A stretch of DNA of 64,000 nucleotides from Gammaproteobacteria bacterium (GCA_965277715.1 OZ255836.1:384001-448000); one strand, 5' to 3'. Counted from the stretch's first letter, positions 21,563 to 34,213 are shown. The notes: generated by a model not told the origin, from the sequence alone. Made by a program: numbers and translations.

Positions 21563-22195
21563 ATGCTGAATAAATACACTTTTATTGCGCTCGTATTCTC
21601 ACTGTTTATTGGCGTGTTCACGACGCCAGTCAGTGCTACCGGGTTGGAGCGCCTGCAAACATTTATCGGTCAACTGGAAACATTTCAGGCCGGGTTTGTA
21701 CAAACCCTCTACGACGAGGACTCGAAACCGGTAACAGAATCCAAAGGCGCGGTTATTTTAAAACGGCCTGGAAAGTTTCGCTGGGATTACCGTGAACCCG
21801 AAGTGCAGTCGATTATTGCCGATGGTGAAAAACTATGGATTTATGATGCCGATTTAGAGCAGGTCACCGTAAAAAAACTTGATCAGGCCCTTGGCAATGC
21901 GCCGATTATGTTACTCAGCAACAACCGGCCACTGGATAAGGACTTTGAACTGCTTGACCTCGGTGCACGCGAGGGTTTGGAATGGGTACAGTTACAGCCT
22001 AAAATCCGGGACACCGAATTTGAACAAATCTTCCTGGGGTTTAGCGAGGCCTCACTGCAAGTGATGGAGCTGCGCGACCAGTTTGGCCAGGCCACACAAA
22101 TCCGTTTCAACGATTTTGAAATGAACATACCAGCCGATGACCGTTTGTTTACGTTTACCCCGCCTGCCGGTGTCGATGTCGTCGGTGATATATAA
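21563..22195 (+). CDS. lolA: Outer-membrane lipoprotein chaperone
   Basis: KRPGKFRW, ADGEKLWIYD..LEQVT, FTFTPPAGVDV; follows ftsK. Confidence 0.95.
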   Translation: MLNKYTFIALVFSLFIGVFTTPVSATGLERLQTFIGQLETFQAGFVQTLYDEDSKPVTESKGAVILKRPGKFRWDYREPEVQSIIADGEKLWIYDADLEQVTVKKLDQALGNAPIMLLSNNRPLDKDFELLDLGAREGLEWVQLQPKIRDTEFEQIFLGFSEASLQVMELRDQFGQATQIRFNDFEMNIPADDRLFTFTPPAGVDVVGDI

Positions 22196-22226
22196 ATACT
22201 GCCGGTTAGCGTGAGTACACCATAGG

Positions 22227-23555
22227 GTGCCGGAACAACCTTCACTGTTGCACGGGAATAGCGCACCAGACTCTTTGCGCCCACTGGCTGATCGTATGCG
22301 ACCGACGACGCTGGATGCATTTTACGGCCAAACCCACCTGCTGGGTGAGGCCAGTACATTGCGCCAGGCACTGGAGCGTGATCGTCTGCACTCGATGGTG
22401 TTTTGGGGGCCACCGGGCACAGGTAAAACCACATTAGCCAGGATGATTGCCCACCATTGCGGTGCGCAGTTTATTTCGCTCTCTGCTGTATTATCGGGTG
22501 TTAAGGACATTCGCGCTGCGGTGGAAAAGGCGCGTGAAGCACGCGCTTACAATGGCGAACGCACGGTATTGTTTGTCGATGAGGTACACCGTTTCAACAA
22601 ATCACAGCAGGATGCCTTTCTGCCCCACGTTGAAGACGGTACGGTCTATTTCGTTGGCGCGACCACAGAAAATCCCTCGTTTGAATTAAACAACGCCTTG
22701 CTGTCGCGTGTGCGGGTGTACGTTTTGAAACGCTTGGAAACCGCTGATATTCGCAAAATTATTGATCGGGCGCTCTGTGATAGTGAGAGTGGAATCGGCG
22801 ATAGAGCTATTAACTGCGCGGCAGAAGTGCGTGACAAACTGGCACAGACGGCTGACGGCGACGCACGCCGTGCCTTGATGCTACTGGAAATTGCAGCGGA
22901 TATGACCGAATCCCCTGCGGTTATTGATGACACAATTTTACAGGCCGTTACCCGTGAGAGTTTTCGGCATTTTGATAAAGGCGGCGATATCTTCTACGAC
23001 CAGATCTCTGCGTTACACAAATCGGTACGCGGCAGCAATCCCGATGCTACGCTGTACTGGTTTTGCCGGATGCTCGATGGTGGTTGTGACCCGTTGTACA
23101 TAGCGCGCCGGGTATTGCGCATCGCCTCGGAGGATATAGGTAATGCCGACCCACGTGGTTTACAACTGGCGATGCAGGCCTGGCAGGTATTCGAGCGGCT
23201 CGGCAGCCCGGAGGGTGAATTGGCGATAGCACAGGCATTGGTTTATTTGGCGTGTGCGCCCAAGAGCAACGCCGTGTACACCGCCTACAAGGCGGCGCGC
23301 CAGGCCGTTGTGGAACACGGCAATGCCGAAGTGCCCGTGCACCTGCGCAATGCCCCCACCCGATTAATGGAAACGCTCGGGCACGGTAAAAACTACCGCT
23401 ATGCACATGATGAGAAAGAGGGGTTTGCCGCCGGAGAAACCTATTTTCCCGCATCGGTTGGTGAACAGGTGTTTTATCACCCGGTCGACCGGGGGTTGGA
23501 AATAAAAATTGCTGAGAAGCTTAACTACCTTCGCAATAAAAACGGTAAACCATAA
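22227..23555 (+). CDS. rarA: Replication-associated recombination protein A
   Basis: PLADRMRP, WGPPGTGKTT, DEVHRFNKSQQD, GATTENPSF, ISALHKSVRGS. Confidence 0.96.
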   Translation: MPEQPSLLHGNSAPDSLRPLADRMRPTTLDAFYGQTHLLGEASTLRQALERDRLHSMVFWGPPGTGKTTLARMIAHHCGAQFISLSAVLSGVKDIRAAVEKAREARAYNGERTVLFVDEVHRFNKSQQDAFLPHVEDGTVYFVGATTENPSFELNNALLSRVRVYVLKRLETADIRKIIDRALCDSESGIGDRAINCAAEVRDKLAQTADGDARRALMLLEIAADMTESPAVIDDTILQAVTRESFRHFDKGGDIFYDQISALHKSVRGSNPDATLYWFCRMLDGGCDPLYIARRVLRIASEDIGNADPRGLQLAMQAWQVFERLGSPEGELAIAQALVYLACAPKSNAVYTAYKAARQAVVEHGNAEVPVHLRNAPTRLMETLGHGKNYRYAHDEKEGFAAGETYFPASVGEQVFYHPVDRGLEIKIAEKLNYLRNKNGKP

Positions 23556-23862
23556 TCGCGTACCACTTTTGTTTGTCGGTATCTAAACCTGACAATTAGT
23601 TATATCTTCCAGATTAAAGCTTTCCCAGTTTTTGCCGCTGCTAATCCGTATCTAATTACCACAGAAGATTGCGATGTATAACGAAAAGCAAGCGAAGCTG
23701 GAACCCTGGCGCCCCTATGAATTTGTGTTGTTATCCAGAGACTTGCGCAGTGTTCGCTATATCGAACAGGTAAAGCAGCTTCAGGATGGTGTCGCAATAA
23801 TTAATATTGAACTACGGCAAATGTTTGATAGTGAAAATTAATGCACTCGGTGAATATATTGA

Positions 23863-25047
23863 CTATTTTCTATGCTGATCAAGCGCCCAATCAATATGTT
23901 CATTGACCATAGGGGATTCGCAGCCCTTGCGTTTATTCAGCGCCTCGATTGCCATGGCACTGTCTGACGCATTGCCCAGCGCCACCGCGATATTCCTCAG
24001 CCAGCACTGGTAACCGATTCTACGAATTGGGCTGCCTTCAAAACGGCGCAAAAACATCGTTTCTGTCCAGGCGAATAGCGTTGTCAGTGCCGTGCAGTCG
24101 AGCGCGTGGCGCGGCTCGAAGTCGGCTTCGCCAGTGGTCGTTGCAAACCGGTTCCACGGGCAGACTAACTGACAGTCGTCACAACCATAAATACGGTTGC
24201 CCATCGCCTTTCTGAATGCGACCGGAATACTGCTACGCAGCTCAATTGTCAGGTATGAAATACACCGCCTTGCGTCCACCTGATAGGGGGCAACAATAGC
24301 CTGTGTTGGGCAGGCATCAATACAGGCGCTGCATTTTCCACAATGATTGTTAGCTTGCCCCGGATAGGTAGCCTTTGAAACAGGCGACGCTGAAACAGCG
24401 GGCGGTGCATCACACGGCAGGGGTAAATTGGTGTACAACTCAGCGAGAAAAAACCATGACCCGGCCTCGCGACTGAGTAAATTACTGTGCTTGCCAATCC
24501 ACCCCAATCCGGCTTTTTCTGCCAGTGCTTTCTCCAGTACCGGCGCGCTATCGACAAATACCCGGTAGCAGAAGTCGTTACCTTTATTGGGATTGTTTGC
24601 AGCGGTATCGATTTCAGCGGAAATATAATCGGCCAGTTTTTGTAGGCGTTTACGCAACAATTTGTGGTAGTCACGCCCCAGTGCGTAGCGGGATACATAG
24701 GCCAGGTTATTATCACTCAGCGTCGCCTCGGCACTGGCGACATGTGCGGGTAGGTAGTCCATCCGTGCACTGATTACCCGTAAGGTACCGGGCTCCAGTG
24801 CTTGCGGGCGGCTGCGGCGGGTGCCGTGGCGGGCCATATACCCCATTTCACCGTGGTAATCCCGCTTTAACCAGTTTAGGAAATGGGTTTCATGTGCGCC
24901 TAAATCGGTATCCGTAATGCCGATTTGTTGGAAGCCAAGTGCCTGTCCCTGCTGCTTTATTTTTTTTGCTAACAACGTATAGTCGATTGGCGTTACGCCA
25001 CCGCTTACCGTGGTATTACCGCTGAATGTGTTGTCTGTTTTGGGCAC
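23863..25047 (-). CDS. queG: Epoxyqueuosine reductase
   Basis: SRYALGRDYH, VDSAPVLE, CGKCSACIDACPT, CISYLTIE, YGCDDCQLVCPWN. Confidence 0.95.
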   Translation of the reverse strand: MPKTDNTFSGNTTVSGGVTPIDYTLLAKKIKQQGQALGFQQIGITDTDLGAHETHFLNWLKRDYHGEMGYMARHGTRRSRPQALEPGTLRVISARMDYLPAHVASAEATLSDNNLAYVSRYALGRDYHKLLRKRLQKLADYISAEIDTAANNPNKGNDFCYRVFVDSAPVLEKALAEKAGLGWIGKHSNLLSREAGSWFFLAELYTNLPLPCDAPPAVSASPVSKATYPGQANNHCGKCSACIDACPTQAIVAPYQVDARRCISYLTIELRSSIPVAFRKAMGNRIYGCDDCQLVCPWNRFATTTGEADFEPRHALDCTALTTLFAWTETMFLRRFEGSPIRRIGYQCWLRNIAVALGNASDSAMAIEALNKRKGCESPMVNEHIDWALDQHRK

Positions 25048-25134
25048 TGCTACTGTCTGATGCTAAAGTTCTAACATGAAGTTTACTCTTTAATGTGTTT
25101 TGATTTTGCCTAATTGATAAGAGGCTTACAGGTT

Positions 25135-25509
25135 ATGTATGAAGTGTTTGCTGTGGCTGCCGGTGGCGCTATTGGGGCAACTGCGCGGTTTGTTATTGTC
25201 AATGCGGTATACGCTACTTTTGGTAAAGGGTTTCCCTGGGGGGTGTTGTTGGTCAATACCCTGGGGTCGTTTTTATTGGGGTTTCTGGGGATGTTGTTTT
25301 TAGTGAGAGTGACGGTTGCCGATGAGTGGCGTGCAGGCATTCTGGTGGGGGTTTTAGGGGCGTTTACTACGTTTTCTACGTTCTCTTTGGATACGCTGTT
25401 GATGCTGGAACAGGGGGATGTGCTTAAAGCAGCGGGTAATGTTGTTTCTAATGTTGTTTTGTGTTTGGTTTTTGTTTGGGCTGGTGTTGTACTGGCAAGG
25501 CAGGTATAG
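25135..25509 (+). CDS. crcB: Fluoride channel
   Basis: GGAIGATARF, FPWGVLLVN, GAFTTFSTF. Confidence 0.95.
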   Translation: MYEVFAVAAGGAIGATARFVIVNAVYATFGKGFPWGVLLVNTLGSFLLGFLGMLFLVRVTVADEWRAGILVGVLGAFTTFSTFSLDTLLMLEQGDVLKAAGNVVSNVVLCLVFVWAGVVLARQV

Positions 25510-25633
25510 ACACAACAAATAATCGCTGTAACGGTGGGGCAGCGATCTTAAATTTGGCAGGAAGTTTTGCAGGCATTAGTAGCGCTGCTATGGTACAACC
25601 ATTAATCAGATGTTTGAGTAGGAGGTAGTTATC

Positions 25634-25948
25634 ATGTCTAAATACATTTTTATTTACCACGGCGGTAAAATGCCAGAAACGCCAGAAGAGGGCGCCCGCG
25701 TAATGGCCGACTGGATGTCCTGGTTGGCTGGAATGGGCGATGCCGTCGTTGACAGTGGCAACCCGGTAGGCCCGTCATCGACAGTACAGAGTGATGGCCT
25801 AATAACGAGGGATGGCGGTTCTAATCCAGTAAGCGGCTACAGCCTGGTAACTGCTGATAGTATGGAGCAGGCGTTGAATATGGCAAAAGGCTGCCCTATC
25901 CTGAAAATGGAGGGGACAGTGGAAGTTGCTGTGACTATTGACATATAA
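25634..25948 (+). CDS. YciI-like protein
   Basis: W..W...MGDAVVDSGNP, SGYSLV.A....A...AKGCP. Confidence 0.75.
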   Translation: MSKYIFIYHGGKMPETPEEGARVMADWMSWLAGMGDAVVDSGNPVGPSSTVQSDGLITRDGGSNPVSGYSLVTADSMEQALNMAKGCPILKMEGTVEVAVTIDI

Positions 25949-26032
25949 ATGGCAATACGAAACTGATTTTCCCCACAAGCGCTGGAAATTGGATATACAT
26001 AGCGGATGATTGGGCGGGTAACGGTGCTATAA

Positions 26033-27346
<1,314 letters not shown>

Positions 27347-27401
27347 TCACGATACCTATCCACTTCCCGGTAACTAAAATTTCCAATTTCCTGAGGTAAG
27401 C

Positions 27402-28859
27402 ATGCAATTAAATGATAGCCAACTACTCAAACAACAAGCCTACATTAACGGTGAATGGGTAGATGCAGCAAACGGCGACAGCGTCGAAATCCTCAATCCG
27501 GCAACGGCTGAGGTTGTGGGCCGGGTGCCGAATATGGGCGCACAGGAAACGCGTGCAGCAATAGAAGCGGCGGACAGGGCATTTGCCAAGTGGCGTGATG
27601 TACCGGCAAAAAGCCGTGCGGCCACTATGAAAAAGTGGTTTGAATTGATTCTGGAAAATCGGGAAGACCTTGCGGTAATTATGACAGCCGAGCAGGGCAA
27701 ACCACTCGCGGAGGCGCGTGGTGAGGTGGTCTATGGTGCCTCATTTGTCGAATGGTTTGCCGAGGAGGGCAAGCGTGTGTACGGGGAGACTATTCCCTCG
27801 CACATGAATGACCGGCGCATTTTTGCATTGAAGCAACCCGTGGGCGTCAGCGCGGCGATTACCCCGTGGAATTTCCCCAATGCCATGATTACCCGCAAAT
27901 GTGCGCCTGCACTGGCAGCGGGCTGTACCTCCGTGATTAAACCCGCGCCACAAACGCCATTCTCTGCCTTGGCACTGGCTGAACTGGCGCACCGGGCCGG
28001 TATTCCCGCCGGGGTGTTCAGTGTTGTCACGGGAGATGCCGTGGCGATTGGTGGCGAAATGACCGGCAATAAAACTGTGCGCAAATTGTCGTTTACCGGT
28101 TCCACAGCGGTGGGCAAATTGTTGTTGGCACAATGTGCTGATACTGTGAAAAAAGTCTCGATGGAATTGGGCGGTCATGCGCCGTTTATCGTTTTCGACG
28201 ACGCGGATATCGACGCGGCGGTAACCGGCGCAATCGCCTGTAAATACCGGGCCAGCGGTCAAACCTGTGTGTGTGCAAACCGCCTGTATGTACACGATAA
28301 CGTCTACGACGAATTCGTGGAAAAATTTGCCCGCGCATCCTCGGCACTCAGCGTGGGTAACGGCACAGCGGATGGAACCGACTTAGGGCCATTGATTAAT
28401 GCCGCCGCCATTGCAAAAGTCGAGGATCAGGTGGCCGATGCCAAGGCAAAAGGTGCTGCGGTATTGACCGGGGGGGAAAGGCATGAACTGGGTGGTAACT
28501 TCTATTTACCGACTGTCCTGACTAATGTCACTGACGACATGAAAATCACCTATGAAGAAACCTTTGGCCCGGTGGCGCCGGTTATGCGCTTCAACGATGA
28601 AGCCGATGTGATCGCACGGGCGAACAGTACCGATTACGGTCTCGCCGCGTATTTATTTACCCGTGATGTGGGGCGCTTATTCCGTGTTTCCGAGGCACTG
28701 GACTTTGGTATCGTCGGAGTAAATGCAGGTGTTGTGTCGTCTGAATACGTACCGTTCGGCGGGGTCAAACAATCGGGCATTGGCCGTGAAGGTTCACACT
28801 ACGGCATTGAGGAATATGTTGAAGTGAAATATTTATGTGTCGCGGGCATCGATAAATAA
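27402..28859 (+). CDS. gabD: NAD(P)-dependent succinate-semialdehyde dehydrogenase
   Basis: ITPWNFP, FTGSTAVG, ELGGHAP, GQTCVCANR, EETFGP, GREGSHYG. Confidence 0.93.
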   Translation: MQLNDSQLLKQQAYINGEWVDAANGDSVEILNPATAEVVGRVPNMGAQETRAAIEAADRAFAKWRDVPAKSRAATMKKWFELILENREDLAVIMTAEQGKPLAEARGEVVYGASFVEWFAEEGKRVYGETIPSHMNDRRIFALKQPVGVSAAITPWNFPNAMITRKCAPALAAGCTSVIKPAPQTPFSALALAELAHRAGIPAGVFSVVTGDAVAIGGEMTGNKTVRKLSFTGSTAVGKLLLAQCADTVKKVSMELGGHAPFIVFDDADIDAAVTGAIACKYRASGQTCVCANRLYVHDNVYDEFVEKFARASSALSVGNGTADGTDLGPLINAAAIAKVEDQVADAKAKGAAVLTGGERHELGGNFYLPTVLTNVTDDMKITYEETFGPVAPVMRFNDEADVIARANSTDYGLAAYLFTRDVGRLFRVSEALDFGIVGVNAGVVSSEYVPFGGVKQSGIGREGSHYGIEEYVEVKYLCVAGIDK

Positions 28860-28929
28860 CGCAAGTTTCGGGTCGTCGGGCCACGGGGTCAGCCTGCATT
28901 ATACCGGTATGCCAATCGAGGGTGCCGAA

Positions 28930-29778
28930 ATGAATAACACTGATGATTATGCCCGCGTTGAACGGGCGTTAAATTTTCTCGCTCAACACTTCAAAGAACA
29001 ACCCACACTGGCCGAAATTGCCGCCAGTGTGCACCTCAGCGAATTTCACTTTCAGCGGTTGTTTACCCGTTGGGTAGGTATCAGCCCTAAAAAATTTCTG
29101 CAATACCTAACCCTCGACTACGCCAAACGGTGCCTGGCGAATGCACAAACAGTGCTCGATGCCAGCTATGCATCGGGTCTTTCCACCAGCTCACGGCTGC
29201 ACGATTTGTTTGTGCGCTATGAAGCTGTTTCGCCGGGTGAATACCGCCGTGGTGGCGCGGGTTTACTGATTCGCTACACCACGGTAGATACCTTGTTTGG
29301 CGCCTGCCTGTTAATGGCCACCGAGCGGGGTATATGCGCACTCGCATTTGTTGGTGATGATCCAAAAAATGACTTCGCCGAAATGGCAGCGCGCTGGCCT
29401 GCGGCGGAGTTTATTCACGATACAGAATTTACAGCGGCTTACGCGCATACCTTTTCGACAATAGGGCGCTCGACAGAACAGAGTAAAAGCGAAATTGTAC
29501 TGAACCTCTACGGCACCCCTTTTCAATTGCAAGTGTGGGAAGCACTGCTGCGGATTCCCGATGGGCAGCGGGTTACCTACCAACAAATCGCCGGGGCCAT
29601 TGGTTCACCCAAAGCAGCGCGTGCCGTTGGTACAGCAGTGGCGAAAAACCCCCTCTGTTGGTTAGTGCCCTGTCACCGGGTAATACGGAGCAACGGTATG
29701 CTGGGTGGGTATCACTGGGGCGAGGCGAGAAAACTGGCAATGTTGGGGTGGGAGTCGGCGGTGTGTGGTGAAAGGTAA
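28930..29778 (+). CDS. AraC-HTH / O6-methylguanine-DNA methyltransferase (Ada-like, no N-terminal Zn domain)
   Basis: FHFQRLF..WVGISPK, GTPFQLQVW, VPCHRV. Confidence 0.9.
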   Translation: MNNTDDYARVERALNFLAQHFKEQPTLAEIAASVHLSEFHFQRLFTRWVGISPKKFLQYLTLDYAKRCLANAQTVLDASYASGLSTSSRLHDLFVRYEAVSPGEYRRGGAGLLIRYTTVDTLFGACLLMATERGICALAFVGDDPKNDFAEMAARWPAAEFIHDTEFTAAYAHTFSTIGRSTEQSKSEIVLNLYGTPFQLQVWEALLRIPDGQRVTYQQIAGAIGSPKAARAVGTAVAKNPLCWLVPCHRVIRSNGMLGGYHWGEARKLAMLGWESAVCGER

Positions 29779-29822
29779 AGGGCGGCTTTTTTATTTCACC
29801 CTTCACCCTTCTGCTTACCCTT

Positions 29823-30632
29823 TCACGCAAACGCCGTCCATACCGGGCAGTGATCAGAGGGTTTTTCCATTGCGCGCACATCGTAATCAATACCGGCATC
29901 GATTGCCCGTGCCAGCAGGCTGGGGGTCACCATAATATGATCGATTCGCAGCCCGCGTTTAGGGTCGCGGTCAAAGCCTTTACTGCGGTAGTCAAACCAG
30001 CTAAAAAGTGCCTGGCTGTCCGGGTATATATGGCGGTAGCTGTCTGTGAGGCTCCAATCGACCAGTTTTTGCATCCACGCCCGCTCCTCGGGCAGAAAAC
30101 ACGTCGCCCCATCGCGTAACCAGCGTTTGACATTGGCCTCACCGATACCAAGATCGGCATCCACTGGGGCAATATTAAAATCGCCGATCACCGCCAGGTC
30201 TTTACTGCAATCACAGCAATCATTCAAATAAGTCATCAGGTCGGCATAAAATTTTTCTTTTGCCGGAAACTTTACCGGATGACTGCGGTTCTCGCCCTGA
30301 GGGAAATAACCGTTGATTACCTTCAATAGACCGTGGTCGGTCTCGAAGTCTGCTGCAATCAAACGGCGCTGGGCCTCTTCGGTGTCCCCCGGAAACCCTT
30401 TTTGTACATTAACAGGCACCTGCCTGGACAACATGGCAACGCCGTAGTGCGTTTTTTGGCCAAAATAACTGGCGTGGTAGCCCATTTCCTTTAAAGCATC
30501 AACCGGAAACTCTTCATCCGTTACCTTGGTTTCCTGTATGCCGATAATATCCGGGCTATGGGTGTCTGTCAGTTTTTGCAATTGGTGCAGGCGCAAGCGG
30601 ATGCTATTGGTATTAAATGAGACAATTTTCAC
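29823..30632 (-). CDS. xthA: Exodeoxyribonuclease III
   Basis: SFNTNSIR, QETK, GDFNIAP, FSWFDYR, GLRIDH, SDHCP. Confidence 0.95.
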   Translation of the reverse strand: MKIVSFNTNSIRLRLHQLQKLTDTHSPDIIGIQETKVTDEEFPVDALKEMGYHASYFGQKTHYGVAMLSRQVPVNVQKGFPGDTEEAQRRLIAADFETDHGLLKVINGYFPQGENRSHPVKFPAKEKFYADLMTYLNDCCDCSKDLAVIGDFNIAPVDADLGIGEANVKRWLRDGATCFLPEERAWMQKLVDWSLTDSYRHIYPDSQALFSWFDYRSKGFDRDPKRGLRIDHIMVTPSLLARAIDAGIDYDVRAMEKPSDHCPVWTAFA

Positions 30633-30755
30633 GGTCAGTGTCCGTTGTGTTAATGGTTAAATGGTGTGGCGTGCGCGCAGTTTACCCGATTGAGGATAAC
30701 TATTGGGTGGGTTTCAAATATAAGGCTTTCTACACTTATCTATTGGCCATGACTA

Positions 30756-30780
30756 ATACTTGACTAAAATAGTAGGTTAT
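30756..30780 (+). promoter_or_regulatory. IscR type-1 binding site at the isc promoter
   Basis: ATACTTGACTAAAATAGTAGGTTAT closely fits the 25-bp type-1 consensus ATASYYGACTRWWWYAGTCRRSTAT. Confidence 0.75.
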
Positions 30781-30845
30781 GACAGTCTTGCCGCCCAGTT
30801 ACTTCCTCCGGCAATGACCGGCAGTAAAAACGTTCAAGGTGACAG

Positions 30846-31343
30846 ATGAAGCTGACAACGCGTGGGCGATATGCAGTAACAGCAATGCTGGATCTCGCTA
30901 TTCACACAAATGATGGGCCGGTGGCGTTGGCAGAAATTTCACAGCGCCAGCAGATTTCCCTGTCTTATCTTGAACAATTATTCGCCAATTTACGCAAAAG
31001 CGGCCTGGTTAAAAGTACCCGTGGCCCAGGTGGCGGGTATCACTTGATAGCGCCGGTCGACGAGGTTCCTGTCTCGGTTATTATCGATGCGGTGAATGAA
31101 ACAGTCGATGCGACAAATTGTGGTGGTATGCAAAACTGTCACAACCACAGCCGCTGTTTAACGCACGATTTGTGGGCGGGCCTGAGTGCACACATTGAAA
31201 CGTTTCTCAGTGGTGTGTCGCTGGGGGACCTGATCGACAAAAAGCCCCTGCAGTCAGTAACGTCGACGCTGAATGATAAACGCAATGATAAACAAGCCAC
31301 CCGGCCATCAATACAGAATGCTACCCATGTCATGGGTAATTAA
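30846..31343 (+). CDS. iscR: Fe-S cluster regulator
   Basis: MKLTTRGRYAVTAMLDLA, ISLSYLEQLF, RGPGGGY, C-x5-C-x5-C-x2-H ligands. Confidence 0.95.
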   Translation: MKLTTRGRYAVTAMLDLAIHTNDGPVALAEISQRQQISLSYLEQLFANLRKSGLVKSTRGPGGGYHLIAPVDEVPVSVIIDAVNETVDATNCGGMQNCHNHSRCLTHDLWAGLSAHIETFLSGVSLGDLIDKKPLQSVTSTLNDKRNDKQATRPSIQNATHVMGN

Positions 31344-31391
31344 CGATAAACCACTATAACCAACGCCTCTTTTTACACGCGAGTAAACACA

Positions 31392-32618
31392 GTGAAAGCC
31401 ACTATTAACCTACCTATCTATCTCGACTACTCGGCCACTACACCGGTCGACCAGCGAGTGGCAAAAATAATGACAGACTGTCTGACCCTGGAAGGTAACT
31501 TTGGCAACCCGGCATCGCGCTCACACCCTTTTGGCTGGCGGGCGGAAGAGGCGGTCGAACAGGCACGCCAACAGGTCGCCACAATGATTGGTGCCGATCC
31601 ACGCGAAATTGTCTGGACATCCGGGGCGACAGAATCGGATAACTTGGCGATCAAAGGCGCCGCCTATTTTAACCAAAAGAAAGGCAAACATATCATCACC
31701 ATGAAAACCGAGCACAAGGCGGTGCTGGACACCTGTCGCCACCTTGAGCGCGACGGTTTTGAGGTAAGCTACCTCGACCCCAAAGCAGACGGCCTGCTCG
31801 ATATGGATACATTTACCGCCGCACTGCGCGAGGACACCATCCTGGTGTCGATTATGCACGTCAACAACGAAATCGGTGTTATTCAGGATATCGAAGCCAT
31901 TGGTGCGATCACCCGCGCACGCAAAATATTGTTCCATGTCGATGCGGCGCAAAGCCCCGGCAAAGTGGCTATCGATGTCGACAAAATGAATGTGGACTTA
32001 ATGTCGTTGTGTGCACACAAAGTGTACGGTCCTAAAGGCATTGGTGCACTGTATGTACAGCGTAAACCGCGTGTGCGCCTGGAGGCGCAAATTCACGGTG
32101 GTGGGCATGAACGGGGTATGCGTTCCGGCACACTGGCCACGCATCAAATTGTTGGTATGGGGGAGGCATTTCGCATCGCTCACGAAGAGATGGAATTTGA
32201 AAACGCACGGATTAAATCCCTGCGCGACCGGTTGTGGAATGGTTTCAAAGATATGGAGGAGGTGTACTTAAACGGCGATCTTAAACAGCGTGTGCCCGGC
32301 AATTTAAATGTCAGCTTTAACTTCGTCGAAGGTGAGAGCTTAATTATGGCGATGAAGAATTTTGCCGTCTCCAGTGGCTCGGCCTGTACCAGTGCCAGCC
32401 TCGAACCCTCTTATGTATTGCGTGCATTGGGCCGCAACGATGAGCTTGCGCACAGCTCGATCCGCTTCACACTGGGGCGCTACAGCACCGAGGCAGAAGT
32501 GGACTTTACCATTAGCGAAGTGCGTACTGCGGTGGAAAAACTGCGGGCACTTTCACCGCTTTGGGATATGTATAAAGACGGCATCGATCTCGATACCGTC
32601 GAATGGGCGCAGCACTAG
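31392..32618 (+). CDS. iscS: Cysteine desulfurase
   Basis: [31 protein letters not shown]. Confidence 0.97.
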   Translation: MKATINLPIYLDYSATTPVDQRVAKIMTDCLTLEGNFGNPASRSHPFGWRAEEAVEQARQQVATMIGADPREIVWTSGATESDNLAIKGAAYFNQKKGKHIITMKTEHKAVLDTCRHLERDGFEVSYLDPKADGLLDMDTFTAALREDTILVSIMHVNNEIGVIQDIEAIGAITRARKILFHVDAAQSPGKVAIDVDKMNVDLMSLCAHKVYGPKGIGALYVQRKPRVRLEAQIHGGGHERGMRSGTLATHQIVGMGEAFRIAHEEMEFENARIKSLRDRLWNGFKDMEEVYLNGDLKQRVPGNLNVSFNFVEGESLIMAMKNFAVSSGSACTSASLEPSYVLRALGRNDELAHSSIRFTLGRYSTEAEVDFTISEVRTAVEKLRALSPLWDMYKDGIDLDTVEWAQH

Positions 32619-32729
32619 CGCGGAAAAAGGCCGAAATCAGGCTGTGAAGAGGATTGAGAGCACCCCTTAATACGACTGACAAACAATTGTTCCACTATTA
32701 TTTTTTGATACACATTCTGGAGAAGACCA

Positions 32730-33134
32730 ATGGCTTACAGTGACAAAGTACTCGACCATTACGAAAACCCTCGCAACGTCGGCACAATGGATAACAGCGA
32801 CCCCAATGTTGGCACTGGCATGGTCGGTGCACCCGCTTGCGGTGATGTGATGCGCCTGCAAATTAAAGTAGGTGACGACGGCGTTATCGAAGACGCAAAA
32901 TTTAAAACCTATGGCTGTGGTTCTGCCATCGCCTCTTCATCGCTATTGACCGAATGGGTGCGCGGCAAAACGCTTGAAGAAGCCTCTTTAATTAAAAATA
33001 AAGACATTGCCGAAGAGCTGGCGCTACCGCCGGTCAAGATTCACTGTTCGGTACTAGCTGAAGACGCTATCTCTGCGGCCATTGCCGATGTTAAGGAAAA
33101 GCGCGGGAAAACCGTCGACAGTGCGGCTGCGTAA
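32730..33134 (+). CDS. iscU: Fe-S scaffold protein
   Basis: GAPACGDVM, FKTYGCGSA, LPPVKIHCS. Confidence 0.98.
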   Translation: MAYSDKVLDHYENPRNVGTMDNSDPNVGTGMVGAPACGDVMRLQIKVGDDGVIEDAKFKTYGCGSAIASSSLLTEWVRGKTLEEASLIKNKDIAEELALPPVKIHCSVLAEDAISAAIADVKEKRGKTVDSAAA

Positions 33135-33147
33135 AGGGTAACAGTCT

Positions 33148-33471
33148 ATGGCCATTACACTGACAGATGCTGCGGCAAACCGGGTGTCGCAGTTTATTGC
33201 CAATCGGGGAAAGGGGCTGGGGTTGCGACTGGGTGTGCGCACAACAGGTTGTTCCGGTATGGCTTACATCGTCGAATTTGCCGATGAAATTGCAGACAGT
33301 GACGTTGTCTTTGATGACAACAACATTAAAGTGGTTATCGACCCAAAAAGCCTGATTTACCTTGATGGCACTGAATTGGATTTTGCCAAGGAAGGATTAA
33401 ACGAAGGGTTTAAGTTTAATAACCCCAATGTCAAAGATGAATGCGGCTGTGGTGAGAGTTTTACTATCTAG
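33148..33471 (+). CDS. iscA: A-type Fe-S carrier
   Basis: [21 protein letters not shown]. Confidence 0.97.
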   Translation: MAITLTDAAANRVSQFIANRGKGLGLRLGVRTTGCSGMAYIVEFADEIADSDVVFDDNNIKVVIDPKSLIYLDGTELDFAKEGLNEGFKFNNPNVKDECGCGESFTI

Positions 33472-33524
33472 TGATCCGCTCTATAGATCATTCCCAGAAA
33501 TAACCAGGTGACCTTCAAACACCC

Positions 33525-33562
33525 CCCCGACCCCCGCTTTGCGAAAGAGGGGGCGGGGTTTT
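33525..33562 (+). terminator. GC-rich imperfect stem-loop with T-run between iscA and hscB
   Basis: CCCCGACCCCCGCTTT-GCG-AAAGAGGGGGCGGGG-TTTT. Confidence 0.5.
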
Positions 33563-33670
33563 CACTGTGAATGGCAGCATACTTAAGCAAATGCAGATCT
33601 AATGGTCTTTTAAGACCCTCTCTATAACCTTATAGAGGCGGCAGGAACAATAACCTTCACTGGATTTTTT

Positions 33671-34210
33671 GTGCTCGATTTAAAACAAAATTATTTTGAT
33701 TTATTTTCGCTACCGGTCAGTTTTGCGGTGGAAGCGGCGGTGTTGACAAACAACTACCGCGCTTTGCAGCAAGTGGTACACCCCGATAAATTTGCCAACG
33801 GTACAGCACAACAAAAACGATTTTCCATTCAAGCCGCTGCCTATATCAATGAGGCCTACCAGGTATTGGGTGATGGGCTGAAAAGAGCCGCTTACTTACT
33901 GTCACTACAAGGTATCGACCTGAATGCAGAAACTGACACGCAGGTTGATCCCGCTTTTTTGATGGCACAAATCGAATATCGCGAACAATTAGAGGCAGTT
34001 TCTACCAGCGAGGATCCGTTTTCTGCCGCAGACAGTTTACGCCGTGCGATCACCGCAGACGTGGCCGCTTTGCAACGGGACGTTAGCCAGCAGTTGTTTG
34101 AACAGGCGTTTGATGCGGCGCGTGATACGGTGCGAAAATGGCAGTTTCTGGCAAAACTGACCCACGAACTGAGTGAAACGGAATACCAGCTCGAAGAGAG
34201 CGGTGGCTGA
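33671..34210 (+). CDS. hscB: Fe-S co-chaperone
   Basis: NYFDLF, HPD, INEAYQVL, FLMAQIEYRE. Confidence 0.95.
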   Translation: MLDLKQNYFDLFSLPVSFAVEAAVLTNNYRALQQVVHPDKFANGTAQQKRFSIQAAAYINEAYQVLGDGLKRAAYLLSLQGIDLNAETDTQVDPAFLMAQIEYREQLEAVSTSEDPFSAADSLRRAITADVAALQRDVSQQLFEQAFDAARDTVRKWQFLAKLTHELSETEYQLEESGG

Positions 34211-34213
34211 TCT

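Noticed and set aside
23600-23842. Short ORFs between rarA and queG
   Set aside because: No recognisable motif or RBS; possibly a gene remnant but not supportable.
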